Shown: positions 17,539 through 27,916, counted from the stretch's first letter. The stretch: 64,000 nt of DNA from an uncultured Actinomycetes bacterium (GCA_963796875.1 CAWCNL010000002.1:1153134-1217133), one strand, 5' to 3'. Translations and numbers: made by a program. Notes: generated by a model from the sequence alone, not told the origin.

Positions 17539-18682
17539 GCGGGTCGAAGACGACCTTCATCGCCTCGTCGCGGGCGCTCAGGTCGATCGCATGGGCGCAG
17601 TCGTCCAGCGCCAGCTGATGCGTGACGAACTCGGTCAGCGGCATGTGCTCGCGCTGCTCTGACATCAGCCGCAGCGCCGCCGGGTAGGCGGGCAGCACCT
17701 CGCCCGCCACGCCGATCACCAGGATGCTCTTCATGCACAGATGCCGGTTCGCGTTGATGCGCGTGTCGCCCATGTCGACGAACGCGCCCGGTTCGATCAG
17801 CGTGCCACCCATCCGCAAGAGCTCGATCGCCTCCAGAACCGCATCGCCGACGCCGGTGCAGTCGATCACCACGTCGGCGCCCTGCCCGCCCGTCAGCTGC
17901 AGCACCGCGGCGCGGCGCTCGGCGGCGTTGGTGAGACTCGCGTCCAGGCAGAGCCCCGCCCCGAACTTCGCCGCGTGCGCCAGCCGGTTGGGCAGGCGAT
18001 CGATCGCGACGATCCGCCCCGCGCCCATGGCCCGCGCCTTGATCAGGTGGCAGAGACCCAGCGGGCCGAGTCCGAGCAGCACCACCGTGCAGCCCGGTTC
18101 GAACCCGCCGCCCGAGGCGGTCATCGCCGCCGCCGAGTCCAGCCCGTGCGTGACCGCCATCGGCTCGGTCAGCACAGCCACCTCGTCGGGCACGTCGTCC
18201 GGCACGCGAAAGAGGTGGGTGCCGGGCAGCAGGTACATCATCTCGGCCCATCCGCCGAACAGCCCCGGCGGCCGGCTCAGCGTGAGGCTGTTGCCGTAGT
18301 CCTCCAGCCGGTCGCACATGAAGTACGGCCGGCCGGCGCGGCACGGCGGACACTCGCCGCACTCGATGTTGGCGGCGATCACCACCCGGTCGCCCGCGTG
18401 TAGCGGCGTGCCGTCGGCGGCGTCGCGCAGCTGGGTGCCGGGGCCGAGCTGCTCCAGTGTGCCGACCACCTCGTGGCCGCAGATCAGCGGATAGTCGATG
18501 CCGTGCTCGTGGTCGGTGCCCGCGTACTGCAGACTCTCGCCGCGAAACGTGTGTTTGTCGGTGCCGCAGATACCCGCCAGATGCACCCTCAGCGTCGCAG
18601 CTCCCGGCCCCGGGGTGGGCAGGTCGAACGTGCGCACCGCGATCCGGCCGGGCTCCTCGATGACGACTGCGCGCACGTCCAC
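17531..18682 (-). CDS. zinc-dependent alcohol/polyol dehydrogenase (MDR family)
   Basis: ORF 17531..18730 with ..GICGTDKHTF.., ..PLICGHEVVG.. and a structural-zinc CGECPPC motif. GTG 18682, just after the upstream stop, is preferred over TTG 18730. Confidence 0.8.
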   Translation of the reverse strand: MDVRAVVIEEPGRIAVRTFDLPTPGPGAATLRVHLAGICGTDKHTFRGESLQYAGTDHEHGIDYPLICGHEVVGTLEQLGPGTQLRDAADGTPLHAGDRVVIAANIECGECPPCRAGRPYFMCDRLEDYGNSLTLSRPPGLFGGWAEMMYLLPGTHLFRVPDDVPDEVAVLTEPMAVTHGLDSAAAMTASGGGFEPGCTVVLLGLGPLGLCHLIKARAMGAGRIVAIDRLPNRLAHAAKFGAGLCLDASLTNAAERRAAVLQLTGGQGADVVIDCTGVGDAVLEAIELLRMGGTLIEPGAFVDMGDTRINANRHLCMKSILVIGVAGEVLPAYPAALRLMSEQREHMPLTEFVTHQLALDDCAHAIDLSARDEAMKVVFDPRA

Positions 18683-18683
18683 G

Positions 18684-19517
18684 TCAGGTACGCAGGCGGC
18701 GCACTCCGCGCATCGCCAGGGGGATCGCAAATCCGATCAGCGCGGTCAGGAGCGTCAGGCCCAGCAGCACCGATGCGAGTGCGTTCACCTCGGGGGTGAT
18801 GCCGAACTTGACCTGCGTGTAGATGTAGATCGGAAGCGTGTTCTGGCCGCCGATCAGAAAGAGCGTGATGATGAACTCGTCGAGCGAGAGCGTGAAGGCG
18901 AACAGCCCTCCGGCCACCACCGCGGGCAGGATCAGCGGCAGCACGATGAACCGCAGCCGGTTGAACATGTTCGCGCCCAGGTCGCCCGCGGCCAGCTCGA
19001 GCCGGCGGTCAAAGCTCTGCAGCCTGGCCGCCACGATCAGCATGACAAACGGGGTCACATAAACTGCCTGGCCGATCACCGCCGTCTCGTTGGAGAGCGT
19101 GTAATGCAGCACGTCGGTGAAGAGCGCGAGCAGCCCGACGCCGATCAGAAGGCCCGGGATCATGATCGGCAGCATGAACCCGGCGCGCACGCCCGACCGG
19201 AACGGCAGCCGGGCGCGGGCCAGCGGGAACGCCGCGGCGGTGCCCACGACCGTCGCAAGGATGGTCACCTGCGTGCTGATCTTGAGGCTGGTGATCGCCG
19301 CCTGCTGGATCTGGTAGTCGGCGAACATCTCGCGGTACCAGCTCAGCGTGAGGCCCTGGATCGGCAGCGTTGGGTAGCGGTTGCTGTTGAAGCTGAACAG
19401 CACCAGCAGCACCACCGGGGCGAACAGGAACAGGTAGACGATCGCGGCCCAGACCAGCAGGCTGGTGCGGGCAAGTGTGCCGTGGCGGGCAACGACCTCT
19501 GCGTCTCTAGCCGGCAT
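18684..19517 (-). CDS. ABC transporter permease (PotC-like)
   Basis: 277-aa polytopic ORF of the binding-protein-dependent transport inner-membrane family. Overlaps the upstream permease gene by 11 nt. Confidence 0.8.
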   Translation of the reverse strand: MPARDAEVVARHGTLARTSLLVWAAIVYLFLFAPVVLLVLFSFNSNRYPTLPIQGLTLSWYREMFADYQIQQAAITSLKISTQVTILATVVGTAAAFPLARARLPFRSGVRAGFMLPIMIPGLLIGVGLLALFTDVLHYTLSNETAVIGQAVYVTPFVMLIVAARLQSFDRRLELAAGDLGANMFNRLRFIVLPLILPAVVAGGLFAFTLSLDEFIITLFLIGGQNTLPIYIYTQVKFGITPEVNALASVLLGLTLLTALIGFAIPLAMRGVRRLRT

Positions 19518-20427
19518 ACACGTCGTCCACGTCGATCTGCTTGCGGAACAGGATCAGCAGGAGCACGATGAACACTGCGACCAGGATCGCCGCAGCCGCC
19601 CCGCGGGTGTACTCGGCGCCCTGGAAGAAGTTCGCGATCAGGTTTCCGATCATCACGCCCTGCACGCCGCCGATCAGCTGCGGCGTGAGGTACTCGCCCA
19701 GCACCGGCACGAAGACGAAGATCACGGCGGTCGCGACGCCGGCGCGCACCTGCGGCAGAAGGATGCGGCGCAGGGCCGTCAGCGGCGGCGCCCCCAGGTC
19801 CATGGCCGCGGTCAGCTGGGCCCAGTCGAACCGCTCGAGCGCCGAGTAGAGCGTCAGCGCGGCGAACGGGAAGTACAGGTACACCAGCACCAGGATCACC
19901 GACTCGCGGTTGTAGAGCAGAAACGACAGCGGGTGGTGAATGATTCCGAGGTCCATCAGCACGCGGTTCAGGACGCCCTTCTCGCCCAGGATCGTGATCC
20001 AGGCGTACACGCGCAGCAGGTAGCTGGCCCAGAACGGCAGGATTACCAATAGAAGCAGCGGCCGGCGGATGCCGGGCGACACGTGCCGAGCCAGGAAGTA
20101 GGCGAACGGGAACGCCGCGGCGATGGTAATCGCGGTGGCGGCCGCCGCCATCCAGAGCGTCGCCCACAGCGTGCGCACGTAGGTCGGCACCGAGAAGAAG
20201 TAGCGGTAGTTGTCGAGCGTCCAGTGGTGGACGACGTTGTAGTCGATCGTCACCCAGAAGCTGTACGCGACGATTAGCAGCATCGGCAGCACGAAGAAGC
20301 AGCCGAACAGGATCAGGGCAGGGCCGAAGCCGGCCAGCTCCATGAACCGGCCCTTGGCTCCCGAGCCGGGCTCGGCCCCCGCCCGCGCGGCGGGCGGGGG
20401 CACCAGTGCACGTGGTTCGTCGACCAC
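19507..20427 (-). CDS. ABC transporter permease (PotB-like)
   Basis: 306-aa polytopic ORF. An alternative start at ~20343 (MELAGFG..) is possible. Confidence 0.8.
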   Translation of the reverse strand: MVDEPRALVPPPAARAGAEPGSGAKGRFMELAGFGPALILFGCFFVLPMLLIVAYSFWVTIDYNVVHHWTLDNYRYFFSVPTYVRTLWATLWMAAAATAITIAAAFPFAYFLARHVSPGIRRPLLLLVILPFWASYLLRVYAWITILGEKGVLNRVLMDLGIIHHPLSFLLYNRESVILVLVYLYFPFAALTLYSALERFDWAQLTAAMDLGAPPLTALRRILLPQVRAGVATAVIFVFVPVLGEYLTPQLIGGVQGVMIGNLIANFFQGAEYTRGAAAAILVAVFIVLLLILFRKQIDVDDVYAG

Positions 20428-20431
20428 CGGG

Positions 20432-21547
20432 TTAGGCGCCGAACACCTCGTTGAAGGTGTCGGTAACCGCCTGGGTGTTGCCCGACGGACCCTTCAGCGT
20501 CATCTGCAGAGCCAGCTCGGGCTTGTTGTAGAGCAGCTTGTCGGCGCGCTCCTTCTCACCCTGGTTGACCAGGATCTTGTAGGCCGCCTCGTTGAACAGC
20601 GGCCGGCCGTTGGTGATGAAGTTCTTGGCGATCCAGGGTCCGCGCTCCATCGCGTTGATAAACGGGATGAACAGATCGGCCTTGTTGGCGGCCTTGACGA
20701 TCTGCTCGCAGTCGATGAATCCGTAGGTGCCTTCCTTGGGGTATGCCGCCAGCACCGTCGGCCCGCCCGCGTCCTTGACGCGGTACTCGGTGCCGAGGTT
20801 CTCGAGTGCGATCCAGGCCGAGCCGTCGGTCAGTGCCGCCACCGATTCGGTGTTCTGTGACACCAGCTTGAGGATGTTTGGCTTGAGCTCGGTCAGGAAC
20901 TGCTTCGACTTGGAGAGCTCGGCCGACGTCTGGTTGTACGGATCCTTTGCGCCCGTCGCGCGGCCGGCCATCGCCACCAGATCGGTGGGCTGGTTCTCGG
21001 CCACGATCTTGCTCTTGTAGGCCGGGTTGAGCAGCGCGTGCCACGAGTCGGGCTTGGTGGTCACATTCGTCGGGTTGTAGTAGATCTGGATTGTCGACCA
21101 GGCGAACGGGTAGCCGATCGCCTTGCCGTCAGCCTGGAAGAACGGGAAGTTGCGCGCCATCGGATACAGCTCCTTGGACGCGCCGATCTCGTTGATGTCG
21201 AAGCCCTCGGTGAGGCCGTCCTGATAGAACTTCGGCGCCCACAGAGCGTCGATCGACGCCTGGCCGAACTGGCCGCCGGTCTGCTTGATCTTGAGGTAGC
21301 CGTCCGCGTCGTCGGAGAACAGTGTGGGGGTGACCTGGATGCCGGTCTGCGCCGCAACGGCCTTGATCTGCTGCGGACTCCAGTGGTCTGACCATGTCAG
21401 CCAGTCCATCGAGCCGGTGGCGTGGCCGCCGCTCGAGCTGGTGCTGGACGACGACGACGACGAACCGCACGCCGCCGCGTACAGGCTGAGCGCACCAAGC
21501 GCGCCCGCGCCGAGAGCGCCTCGCCTGGTGACCCGTCTCTCTGTCAT
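20432..21547 (-). CDS. ABC transporter substrate-binding lipoprotein (PotD/PotF-like, solute-binding family 1)
   Basis: 371-aa ORF. Twin-arginine-like N-terminus MTERRVTRRGALGAG with lipobox-like LYAAAC followed by a Ser-rich linker. Confidence 0.8.
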   Translation of the reverse strand: MTERRVTRRGALGAGALGALSLYAAACGSSSSSSSTSSSGGHATGSMDWLTWSDHWSPQQIKAVAAQTGIQVTPTLFSDDADGYLKIKQTGGQFGQASIDALWAPKFYQDGLTEGFDINEIGASKELYPMARNFPFFQADGKAIGYPFAWSTIQIYYNPTNVTTKPDSWHALLNPAYKSKIVAENQPTDLVAMAGRATGAKDPYNQTSAELSKSKQFLTELKPNILKLVSQNTESVAALTDGSAWIALENLGTEYRVKDAGGPTVLAAYPKEGTYGFIDCEQIVKAANKADLFIPFINAMERGPWIAKNFITNGRPLFNEAAYKILVNQGEKERADKLLYNKPELALQMTLKGPSGNTQAVTDTFNEVFGA

Positions 21548-22665
21548 GTGTCTCCTCCTTGAGTGTTCGGGACGTCGGGATCGAACACGACGATGTCCTT
21601 GCGGTCCCAGGTCAGGGTGACGCGGTCGCCGGCACGCGCCGTAACGGAGTCCGCCGATGCGCCGAAATGCCAGGCAGTGACGGGCTCCTCCATGCCATCC
21701 ACAGACGCAACTACGCGCAGGTAGCTGCCGAGAAAAGCGATCTTGACGATGGTGGCGGGCAGTCCAGGCTCGCCCGCGGGGGAGATCAGGGTGTGCTCGG
21801 GCCGGATCATCACGGTGGTCGGCCCGTCGTGGTGCTCGGTGGTTACCGGGAGGTGGACGCCTCCGGGGCCGGTAACGGCCCCTCGCTCGATGACGACGTC
21901 GACGAAGTTCGACTCGCCGATGAAGTCGGCCACGAAGCGGTTGACCGGCCGCCGGTAGATCTCCTCGGGCGTGCCCACCTGCTCGACACGGCCGTCGTTC
22001 ATGACGGCGATCCGATTGGCCATCGACATGGCCTCCTCCTGGTCGTGGGTGACCAGCACGAAGGTGGTGTCGAGGTTGGCGTGGATCTGCGCCAGCTCGA
22101 TCTGCAGGCGTTTGCGCAGCTTCAGATCGAGCGCGCCGAGCGGTTCGTCGAGCAACAGCACGGCGGGCTTGTTGACCAGCGCCCGGGCCACCGCCACGCG
22201 CTGCTGCTGGCCACCGGAAAGCTGCGTGGGCAGGCGGTCGGCGAACTCGTCGAGGGCCACCATCGAGAGCGCCTCGGCCACCCGGGTCTTGCTCTCACCG
22301 CGCGGCACCTTGGCCATCTTCAGGCCGAACCCGACGTTGTCGGTGACGGTCATGTGCGGGAACAGCGCGTAGCTCTGGAACACGGTGTTGACCGCGCGCT
22401 TGTGCGGCGGCACCTGATCGACCCGCTCGCCGCGGATGTGCACCTCGCCGGACGAGGCGCCTACGAACCCGCCGATCACGTTCAGCGTGGTGGTCTTGCC
22501 GCACCCCGACGGGCCGAGCAGGCAGAAGAACTCGCCCTCCTGGATGTCGAGGTCGACCGGCTCGAGCGCCACCTGGCTGCCGTAGCGCTTGGAGACTCCG
22601 CGCAGCGAGATCGCCGGCCGATCGGTCGCTGCTGCGGTTTCGACCGCGCTCGGCTCGGCGCTCAT
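21544..22665 (-). CDS. ABC transporter ATP-binding protein (PotA-like)
   Basis: From ATG 22665 inside ORF 21544..23025. Walker A GPSGCGKTT, signature LSGGQQQRV, Walker B LLLDEP, and a C-terminal TOBE-like regulatory domain. Confidence 0.9.
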   Translation of the reverse strand: MSAEPSAVETAAATDRPAISLRGVSKRYGSQVALEPVDLDIQEGEFFCLLGPSGCGKTTTLNVIGGFVGASSGEVHIRGERVDQVPPHKRAVNTVFQSYALFPHMTVTDNVGFGLKMAKVPRGESKTRVAEALSMVALDEFADRLPTQLSGGQQQRVAVARALVNKPAVLLLDEPLGALDLKLRKRLQIELAQIHANLDTTFVLVTHDQEEAMSMANRIAVMNDGRVEQVGTPEEIYRRPVNRFVADFIGESNFVDVVIERGAVTGPGGVHLPVTTEHHDGPTTVMIRPEHTLISPAGEPGLPATIVKIAFLGSYLRVVASVDGMEEPVTAWHFGASADSVTARAGDRVTLTWDRKDIVVFDPDVPNTQGGDT

Positions 22666-23711
22666 GACGCCCCTCCGCAGCCGCACGAGCGGCGCACCTT
22701 GAGCGAGACCCCCACTCGGTGCTCTCCGCCGGCGCGCTCCTGCTCGACCGACTCGATCAGCATCGCGGCGGCATCGCGGCCGAGCTCGGCGGCGTCGTAG
22801 GCGACCGAGGTGAGCGGCGGGTCGAGGTAGCGGCCGTAGTAGGGATCGTCGAAGCACACCAGGGCCAGATCCGCCGGCACCCGCAGACCGCGATCGCCGG
22901 CGGCGGCCAGCGCACCCAGGGCGAGCTCGGCAGATGCCGCGACGATCGCGTCGGGTCGCGGGTCGACGGCGAGCGCGGTGTTGACCGCCTCGCGGGCCGA
23001 TTCGACCGCCCACGTGCACTCCCACACCGACTGTTCGACCGCGCGATCGTGGCCGGCCACTGCCTGTTCGAACCCGCTGCGGCGCTCGGCGCCCGACGTT
23101 CCGAGGTCGGGTCCGACCAGCAGTGCCAGCCGCTCGTGCCCATGGTCTTCGATGAGGTGGTCAACCAGAAGTTGCATGCCCCGCCCGTTCTCGATACGGA
23201 CGTTGCCGGCCCCACCCTCCGGAACGATGTCGTCTATGAAGATACAGGGTGGATCAGCCGGCTGCACAGCCGCGCGGAACTCGCCGGGCGAAACGCCGGC
23301 GGTGCAGACCAGCAGCCCGTCCACCTGATGTTCGACCAGCAACCGTAGTGCGGCGACCTCGCGGGCGGTCTCCTGATCGGAGTCCATCAGGATCAGCCGG
23401 TAGCCGGCGTCGTCGAGAATCGCTTCGGCGCCCTTGAGGATGGCCGCGTAGAACGGGTGGGCAACGTCGGGCACCACCAGGCCGATCGTGTGGCTCTTGC
23501 GCATGCGCAGCGACCGCGCCAGCGGCGAGGGGCGGAAGTCGAGTGTGGCAGCCGCGGCCACGACCGCAGCGCGTGTCTTGGTGGACACATCTCCTCGGCC
23601 GTTCAGCGCGCGCGACGCCGTGGACGGCGAGACACGCGCGAGCCTGGCGACGTCCTCGAGTCGCGTACGGGTCGCCTCGGGGTTGGACCGGAATCGATTG
23701 TGGTAACTCAA
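22662..23711 (-). CDS. LacI family transcriptional regulator
   Basis: HTH ..LEDVARLARVSPSTASRALNG.. plus a sugar-binding fold. TTG 23711 chosen within ORF 22662..23858. The stop overlaps the ATPase start (ATGA). Confidence 0.8.
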   Translation of the reverse strand: MSYHNRFRSNPEATRTRLEDVARLARVSPSTASRALNGRGDVSTKTRAAVVAAAATLDFRPSPLARSLRMRKSHTIGLVVPDVAHPFYAAILKGAEAILDDAGYRLILMDSDQETAREVAALRLLVEHQVDGLLVCTAGVSPGEFRAAVQPADPPCIFIDDIVPEGGAGNVRIENGRGMQLLVDHLIEDHGHERLALLVGPDLGTSGAERRSGFEQAVAGHDRAVEQSVWECTWAVESAREAVNTALAVDPRPDAIVAASAELALGALAAAGDRGLRVPADLALVCFDDPYYGRYLDPPLTSVAYDAAELGRDAAAMLIESVEQERAGGEHRVGVSLKVRRSCGCGGAS

Positions 23712-23804
23712 GGCGCCGACTATCGCGCAGCGCGCGGGCTGTGTCAAGCGATCCGTTTCACAAACCAGTAACAGTGCTGTAGCGGGTGGTGTGACACCTG
23801 TGCG

Positions 23805-24446
23805 GTGCGCTTTAGACTGAGCGTGATGGGACAGGAGATCGTGTGCACGGCCCGCCACGCCGGCGCGGCGTCAGAAGGCAGGGCTCAGCTCGAGACCGAC
23901 GAGCTGCGTTTTCGCGGCGAGTTTCGGGTGGTCGTGCCCTTCGCCCAGGTGCGCGGTGCCCGCGCCGACGGCGGCACGCTGGTGCTGGAGTACCCCGGCG
24001 GCCCGCTCGAACTGGAACTGGGCGACCGCGCGGTCAAATGGGCGCACGCCATCCTGCACCCCAAGAGCGTCGTCGAGAAGCTGGGCGTGAAACCGGGCCA
24101 GCGGGTCGGGCTGGAACACCTGCCCGACTCGGCGTTCGCGCGGCAGGTCGAGGAGCGCGGGGCCGAGCTGGTGGAGAGTGGCGGCGACCTGGATCACCTG
24201 TTCGTGGGCGCCGAGAGTGAGGCCGACCTGGCCGGTGTCGCCGCGCTGCGCGCGCGGTTGGCCCCCGACGGCGGTCTCTGGCTGGTGCGACCCAAGGGCA
24301 AGCACGGCCTGGCCGAGTCGGCGGTGTTTGCCGCAGGCCGAGGGGCCGGCCTGACCGACGTCAAGGTGGTGCGGTTCTCCGCCACGCACACGGCCTACCG
24401 CTTCGTCATCCCGGTGGCCGAGCGTAAGGAGGTGGCTCCCGAATGA
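23805..24446 (+). CDS. hypothetical protein (DUF3052-like C-terminal half)
   Basis: 213-aa ORF with good high-GC codon bias. The segment ..SVVEKLGVKPGQRVGL.. resembles DUF3052 proteins. The start may be ATG 23826. Confidence 0.5.
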   Translation: MRFRLSVMGQEIVCTARHAGAASEGRAQLETDELRFRGEFRVVVPFAQVRGARADGGTLVLEYPGGPLELELGDRAVKWAHAILHPKSVVEKLGVKPGQRVGLEHLPDSAFARQVEERGAELVESGGDLDHLFVGAESEADLAGVAALRARLAPDGGLWLVRPKGKHGLAESAVFAAGRGAGLTDVKVVRFSATHTAYRFVIPVAERKEVAPE

Positions 24447-24510
24447 ACACCTCGTTGCGCTTCGCGGTGGCGCCCGGTGCAGGAAAACGCACACCGCGTT
24501 GCCAGGCACG

Positions 24511-24547
24511 TCGATCGTTGCCACCACCACCGCGCCCTGCGCCTCAC
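24511..24547. repeat. 37-nt dispersed repeat, copy 1
   Basis: TCGATCGTTGCCACCACCACCGCGCCCTGCGCCTCAC matches 52141-52177 at 35 of 37 positions. Intergenic. Confidence 0.8.
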
Positions 24548-24575
24548 GACGGCGCTCCTTCGGGAGCCACCTCCC

Positions 24576-25623
24576 GTGAAAATCGCGCTTCTCGCACCCG
24601 CGTGGTTTGCCGTGCCGCCCGTGCGCTACGGCGGCATCGAGTGGGTCGTCGCGATCCTGGCCGACGGCCTGGTGGATCGCGGCCACGACGTGACGCTCTT
24701 TGCCACCGGCGACTCGCGCACCAAGGCCCACCTGGCCACGAGCTATGACGATCCGCCCAGCTACCGGCTGGGCATGTCGATGCCCGACCTGCACCACGCG
24801 CTCACCTGTCTGGAACGGGCCTCCGAGTTCGACCTCGTCAACGACCACTCCGGACCGCTCGCCGCCGCGCTCGGCGCCACGGTGCACGTGCCGTTCTGCC
24901 ACACCGTGCACGGCCCGATGACCGGCGAGCCCGCGCGCCGTCTACAACCAGATCAACGCGATCGCGCCCAACGTCGCGCTGATCTCGCTGTCGCAGGATC
25001 AACGCTCGCCGCAGCCCGATCTGAACTGGCTTGCGACCTGCCATAACGCGATCGACGTGGACGACTATCCGTTCCACTCCGAGCACGACGGGTACCTGCT
25101 GTTCCTGGGCCGCATGTCGCCCGACAAGGGAGCGCACAACGCCGTCGAGATCGCCCGCGCCACGGGGCTTCCGCTGAAGCTCGCAGGCAAGATCCACGAC
25201 CCCGAGGAGAAGGCGCACTTCGACGCGGCGGTGGCCCCGCACCTGGACGGGCAGATCGAGTACCTGGGCGAGGTGTCGCACGACGAGAAGGTCGAGCTGC
25301 TGCAGCGGGCGATGGTCACGCTGTTCCCGATCCAGTGGGCCGAGCCGTTCGGCCTCGTGATGGTCGAGTCAATGGCCTGCGGCACGCCGGTGGCCGCGAT
25401 CGGCCTCGGCGCGGTGCCCGAGGTGGTCGTCGACGGCCGCAGCGGCATCGTCGAATCACACGTGGCGGGGCTGATCGAGCGGCTGGACGAGGCGATCGCG
25501 CTTGACCGGGCCGACGTGGCCCGCGCCGCGCGCGAGCGATTCTCGGCCGAGCGGATGGTCAGCGATTACGAGGCTGCGTACGAGCTCTTGTTGAGCAGGG
25601 GGTCGTCGTCAGCCGCGCGGTGA
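24576..25623 (+). pseudogene. glycosyltransferase family 4, one frameshift
   Basis: ORF 24477..25046 (from GTG 24576: VKIALLAPAWFAVPPVRYGGIEWVV) plus ORF 25057..25623 (..EPFGLVMVESMACGTPV..). Frame switch at ~24931-24941. Confidence 0.8.
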
Positions 25624-26282
25624 TCTGGGATTTCGACGGGACGCTGGCTCGGCGGATCGGTAACTGGCGCGGCGCCATGATCGAGGTGCTCGACGAGCAT
25701 CACGGCGAGCATGCCGTGACCATGGAGGCGCTCTCGCCGCTGATCCACAACCGGTTCCCGTGGGATCGCGCCGACGTCGTGCACCACGAGCTGAGCGACG
25801 ATCCCGACGAGTGGTGGGCGCCGATGCAGACGATGATCGCCGACGCCTATCGCGGCGTCGGCCATGGTCCGCGCGCCGACGAGTTCGCCGGGCTGGTGCG
25901 GCAGCGGTTCGTCGATCATCGGTATTCGTGGGAGGTGTTCGCCGACACCGTCCCGGCGCTCGAGCGGTTGAGCGCGGCAGGCTGGGAGCACGTGGTGCTG
26001 TCCAACCACGTGCCCGAGCTGCCGCTGCTGGCGCGCGGGCTGGGGCTGGAGGGGCGGTTTCGGGCGATCATCACCTCGGCGCTGATCGGGTATGAGAAGC
26101 CGCATCCCGAGGCGTTTCGGCTGGCGCTCGAGGCCGCCGGCCATCCCGATCAGGTGTGGATGGTGGGCGACAACCCGGTGGCCGACGTGCAGGGGGCCGA
26201 GGCGGTCGGCATCCCCGCCCTGCAGGTGCGCACCGGCGGCCTGCCCGACGCCGCCGCTGCCGCCGACCACATCCTCGGCTGA
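25620..26282 (+). CDS. HAD family hydrolase
   Basis: 220-aa ORF. HAD motif I in WDFDGTL, with a late ..MVGDNPVADVQGA.. motif. The GTG start overlaps the GT4 stop. Confidence 0.8.
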   Translation: MIWDFDGTLARRIGNWRGAMIEVLDEHHGEHAVTMEALSPLIHNRFPWDRADVVHHELSDDPDEWWAPMQTMIADAYRGVGHGPRADEFAGLVRQRFVDHRYSWEVFADTVPALERLSAAGWEHVVLSNHVPELPLLARGLGLEGRFRAIITSALIGYEKPHPEAFRLALEAAGHPDQVWMVGDNPVADVQGAEAVGIPALQVRTGGLPDAAAAADHILG

Positions 26283-26283
26283 A

Positions 26284-26374
26284 AGAAAGTGTCAGGCAGT
26301 TGTTATTCACGCCAGCGCTTGATGGCACGGCAATGAACGTGGTGAATAACAACTGCCTGACACTTTCTATTCAC
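26284..26374. repeat. composite palindromic element (divergent GTGAATAA subtype; 27-nt perfect arms, 31-nt spacer)
   Basis: AGAAAGTGTCAGGCAGTTGTTATTCAC (26284-26310) is the exact reverse complement of 26342-26368. Right end ..CTATTCAC. Flanked by the HAD stop (26280-26282) and the purH stop (26376-26378). Confidence 0.9.
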
Positions 26375-26375
26375 T

Positions 26376-27916
26376 TCAGTGCACGAAGTGGCGGCGGCCG
26401 GTGAAGACCATCGCCGCACCCGCGGCGTTCGCGGCGGCGATCACCTCGTCGTCGCGCACCGAGCCGCCCGGCTGAATCACCGCGGTCACTCCCGCCTCGA
26501 AGGCGGCCTGCGGCCCGTCGTCGAACGGGAAGAACGCGTCGGATGCCATGACCGCACCGCGCGATCGCTCGCCGGCCTTGGCGACCGCCAGCCGCACCGC
26601 CTCGACCCGGCTGACCTGTCCGGCGCCGATCCCCACCGTCGCCAGGTCGGACGCCAGCACGATCGCGTTGGAGCGCACGAAGTGCGCCACCCGCCACGCG
26701 AACAGCAGGTCGTCCCACTGCCGCTTGGTCGGCGTCTGCTCGGTGACGACCTCCATCGTCTCGCGGTCGTCCAGCTCGGTGTCGCGATCCTGGATCAAGA
26801 GGCCGCCCAGCACCCGGCGGATGTCGCGCTCGCCCGGCGAGGCCTTGCGGCGCTCCTGATCCTCGAGGATGCGGATGCTCTGCTTGCGGCGCAGCACGTC
26901 GAGCGCGCCGTCCTCGTAGCCGGGTGCGAAGAGCACATCCAGCTTGCGCTCGGTCATCGCCTCGGCCAGCTCGGCACTCACCGGCCGGTTCACACCGATC
27001 ACCGCGCCGAACGCCGCGTCGGGATCGCTGGCCAGCGCCCGCTCGAAGGCCTCCACCAGGTGCGCCCCCACCGCCACGCCCGCGGGGATCGCGTGCTTCA
27101 CGATCGCCACCGCCGGCACCTGGAACGCCGCGGCGATCGTGCGCGCCGCCTGCAGGTCGCCCAGGTTGTTGAACGAGAGCTGCGGACCGCCGTGCTGCTC
27201 GACGCGTGACAGCAGGTGCCGCCGCGCGCCCGAGTCGCGATAGAACGCGGCGCGCTGATGCGGGTTCTCGCCGTAGGACAGGTCGGCCACCTTGACCAGG
27301 TCGAGCGTGAGCCGCTCGGGGAACGGCTCGGTATCCGAGAACCATGCGGCGACCGTGGCGTCGTAGCTCGCGGTGTGCGCGAACGCTTCGGCGGCGAGGT
27401 CGCGCAGCGTTTCTGTCGACAGCTCGCCGTCGCGCTCGCGCATCTCGTCGAGCACGAACCCGTAGCGGTCGGGCTCGGTGACGATCGCCACCGAATTGTG
27501 GTTCTTGGCGGCGGCGCGCACCAGCGACGGCCCGCCGATGTCGATGTTCTCGAGCACCTCGTCCTCGGGCACGCCCGCGCCGTGCCGCCACGCGCCGGAA
27601 CGGATACAGATTCGAGACCACCAGGTCGATCGGCTTGACGCCCATCGACTCGATCGACTGCATGTCGTCCGGGTTGTCGCGGCGCGCCAGGATGCCGGCG
27701 AAGATCGCCGGGTGCAGCGTCTTGACGCGCCCGCCCAGAATCTCGGCCTGGCCGGTGACCTCCTCGACCTGCGTCACGGGCACACCCGCCGACTTCAGAA
27801 AGTCGGCCGTGCCGTGCGCTCGCGATCAGCTCGACGCCCAGCGCGTCGAGACCCTGCGCGAACGTGGCAAGCCCGTTCTTGTCGGACACCGAGATCAGCG
27901 CGCGGCAGATCTTCAA
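26376..27916 (-). pseudogene. purH: bifunctional AICAR formyltransferase / IMP cyclohydrolase, two frameshifts
   Basis: Three frames: ORF 27098..27916 (MKICRALISVSDKNGL, MGS domain), ORF 26371..27783 (..GRVKTLHP..) and ORF 26376..27572 (AICARFT body to ..FTGRRHFVH). Frame switches at ~27805-27818 and ~27573-27600. Confidence 0.9.

Noticed and set aside
23742-23762. Possible operator TGTCAAGCG-atc-CGTTTCACA upstream of the second LacI gene.
   Set aside because: Only 7 of 9 positions pair, and the 3-nt central spacer is atypical for LacI-family sites. It is too weak to call without comparative support.
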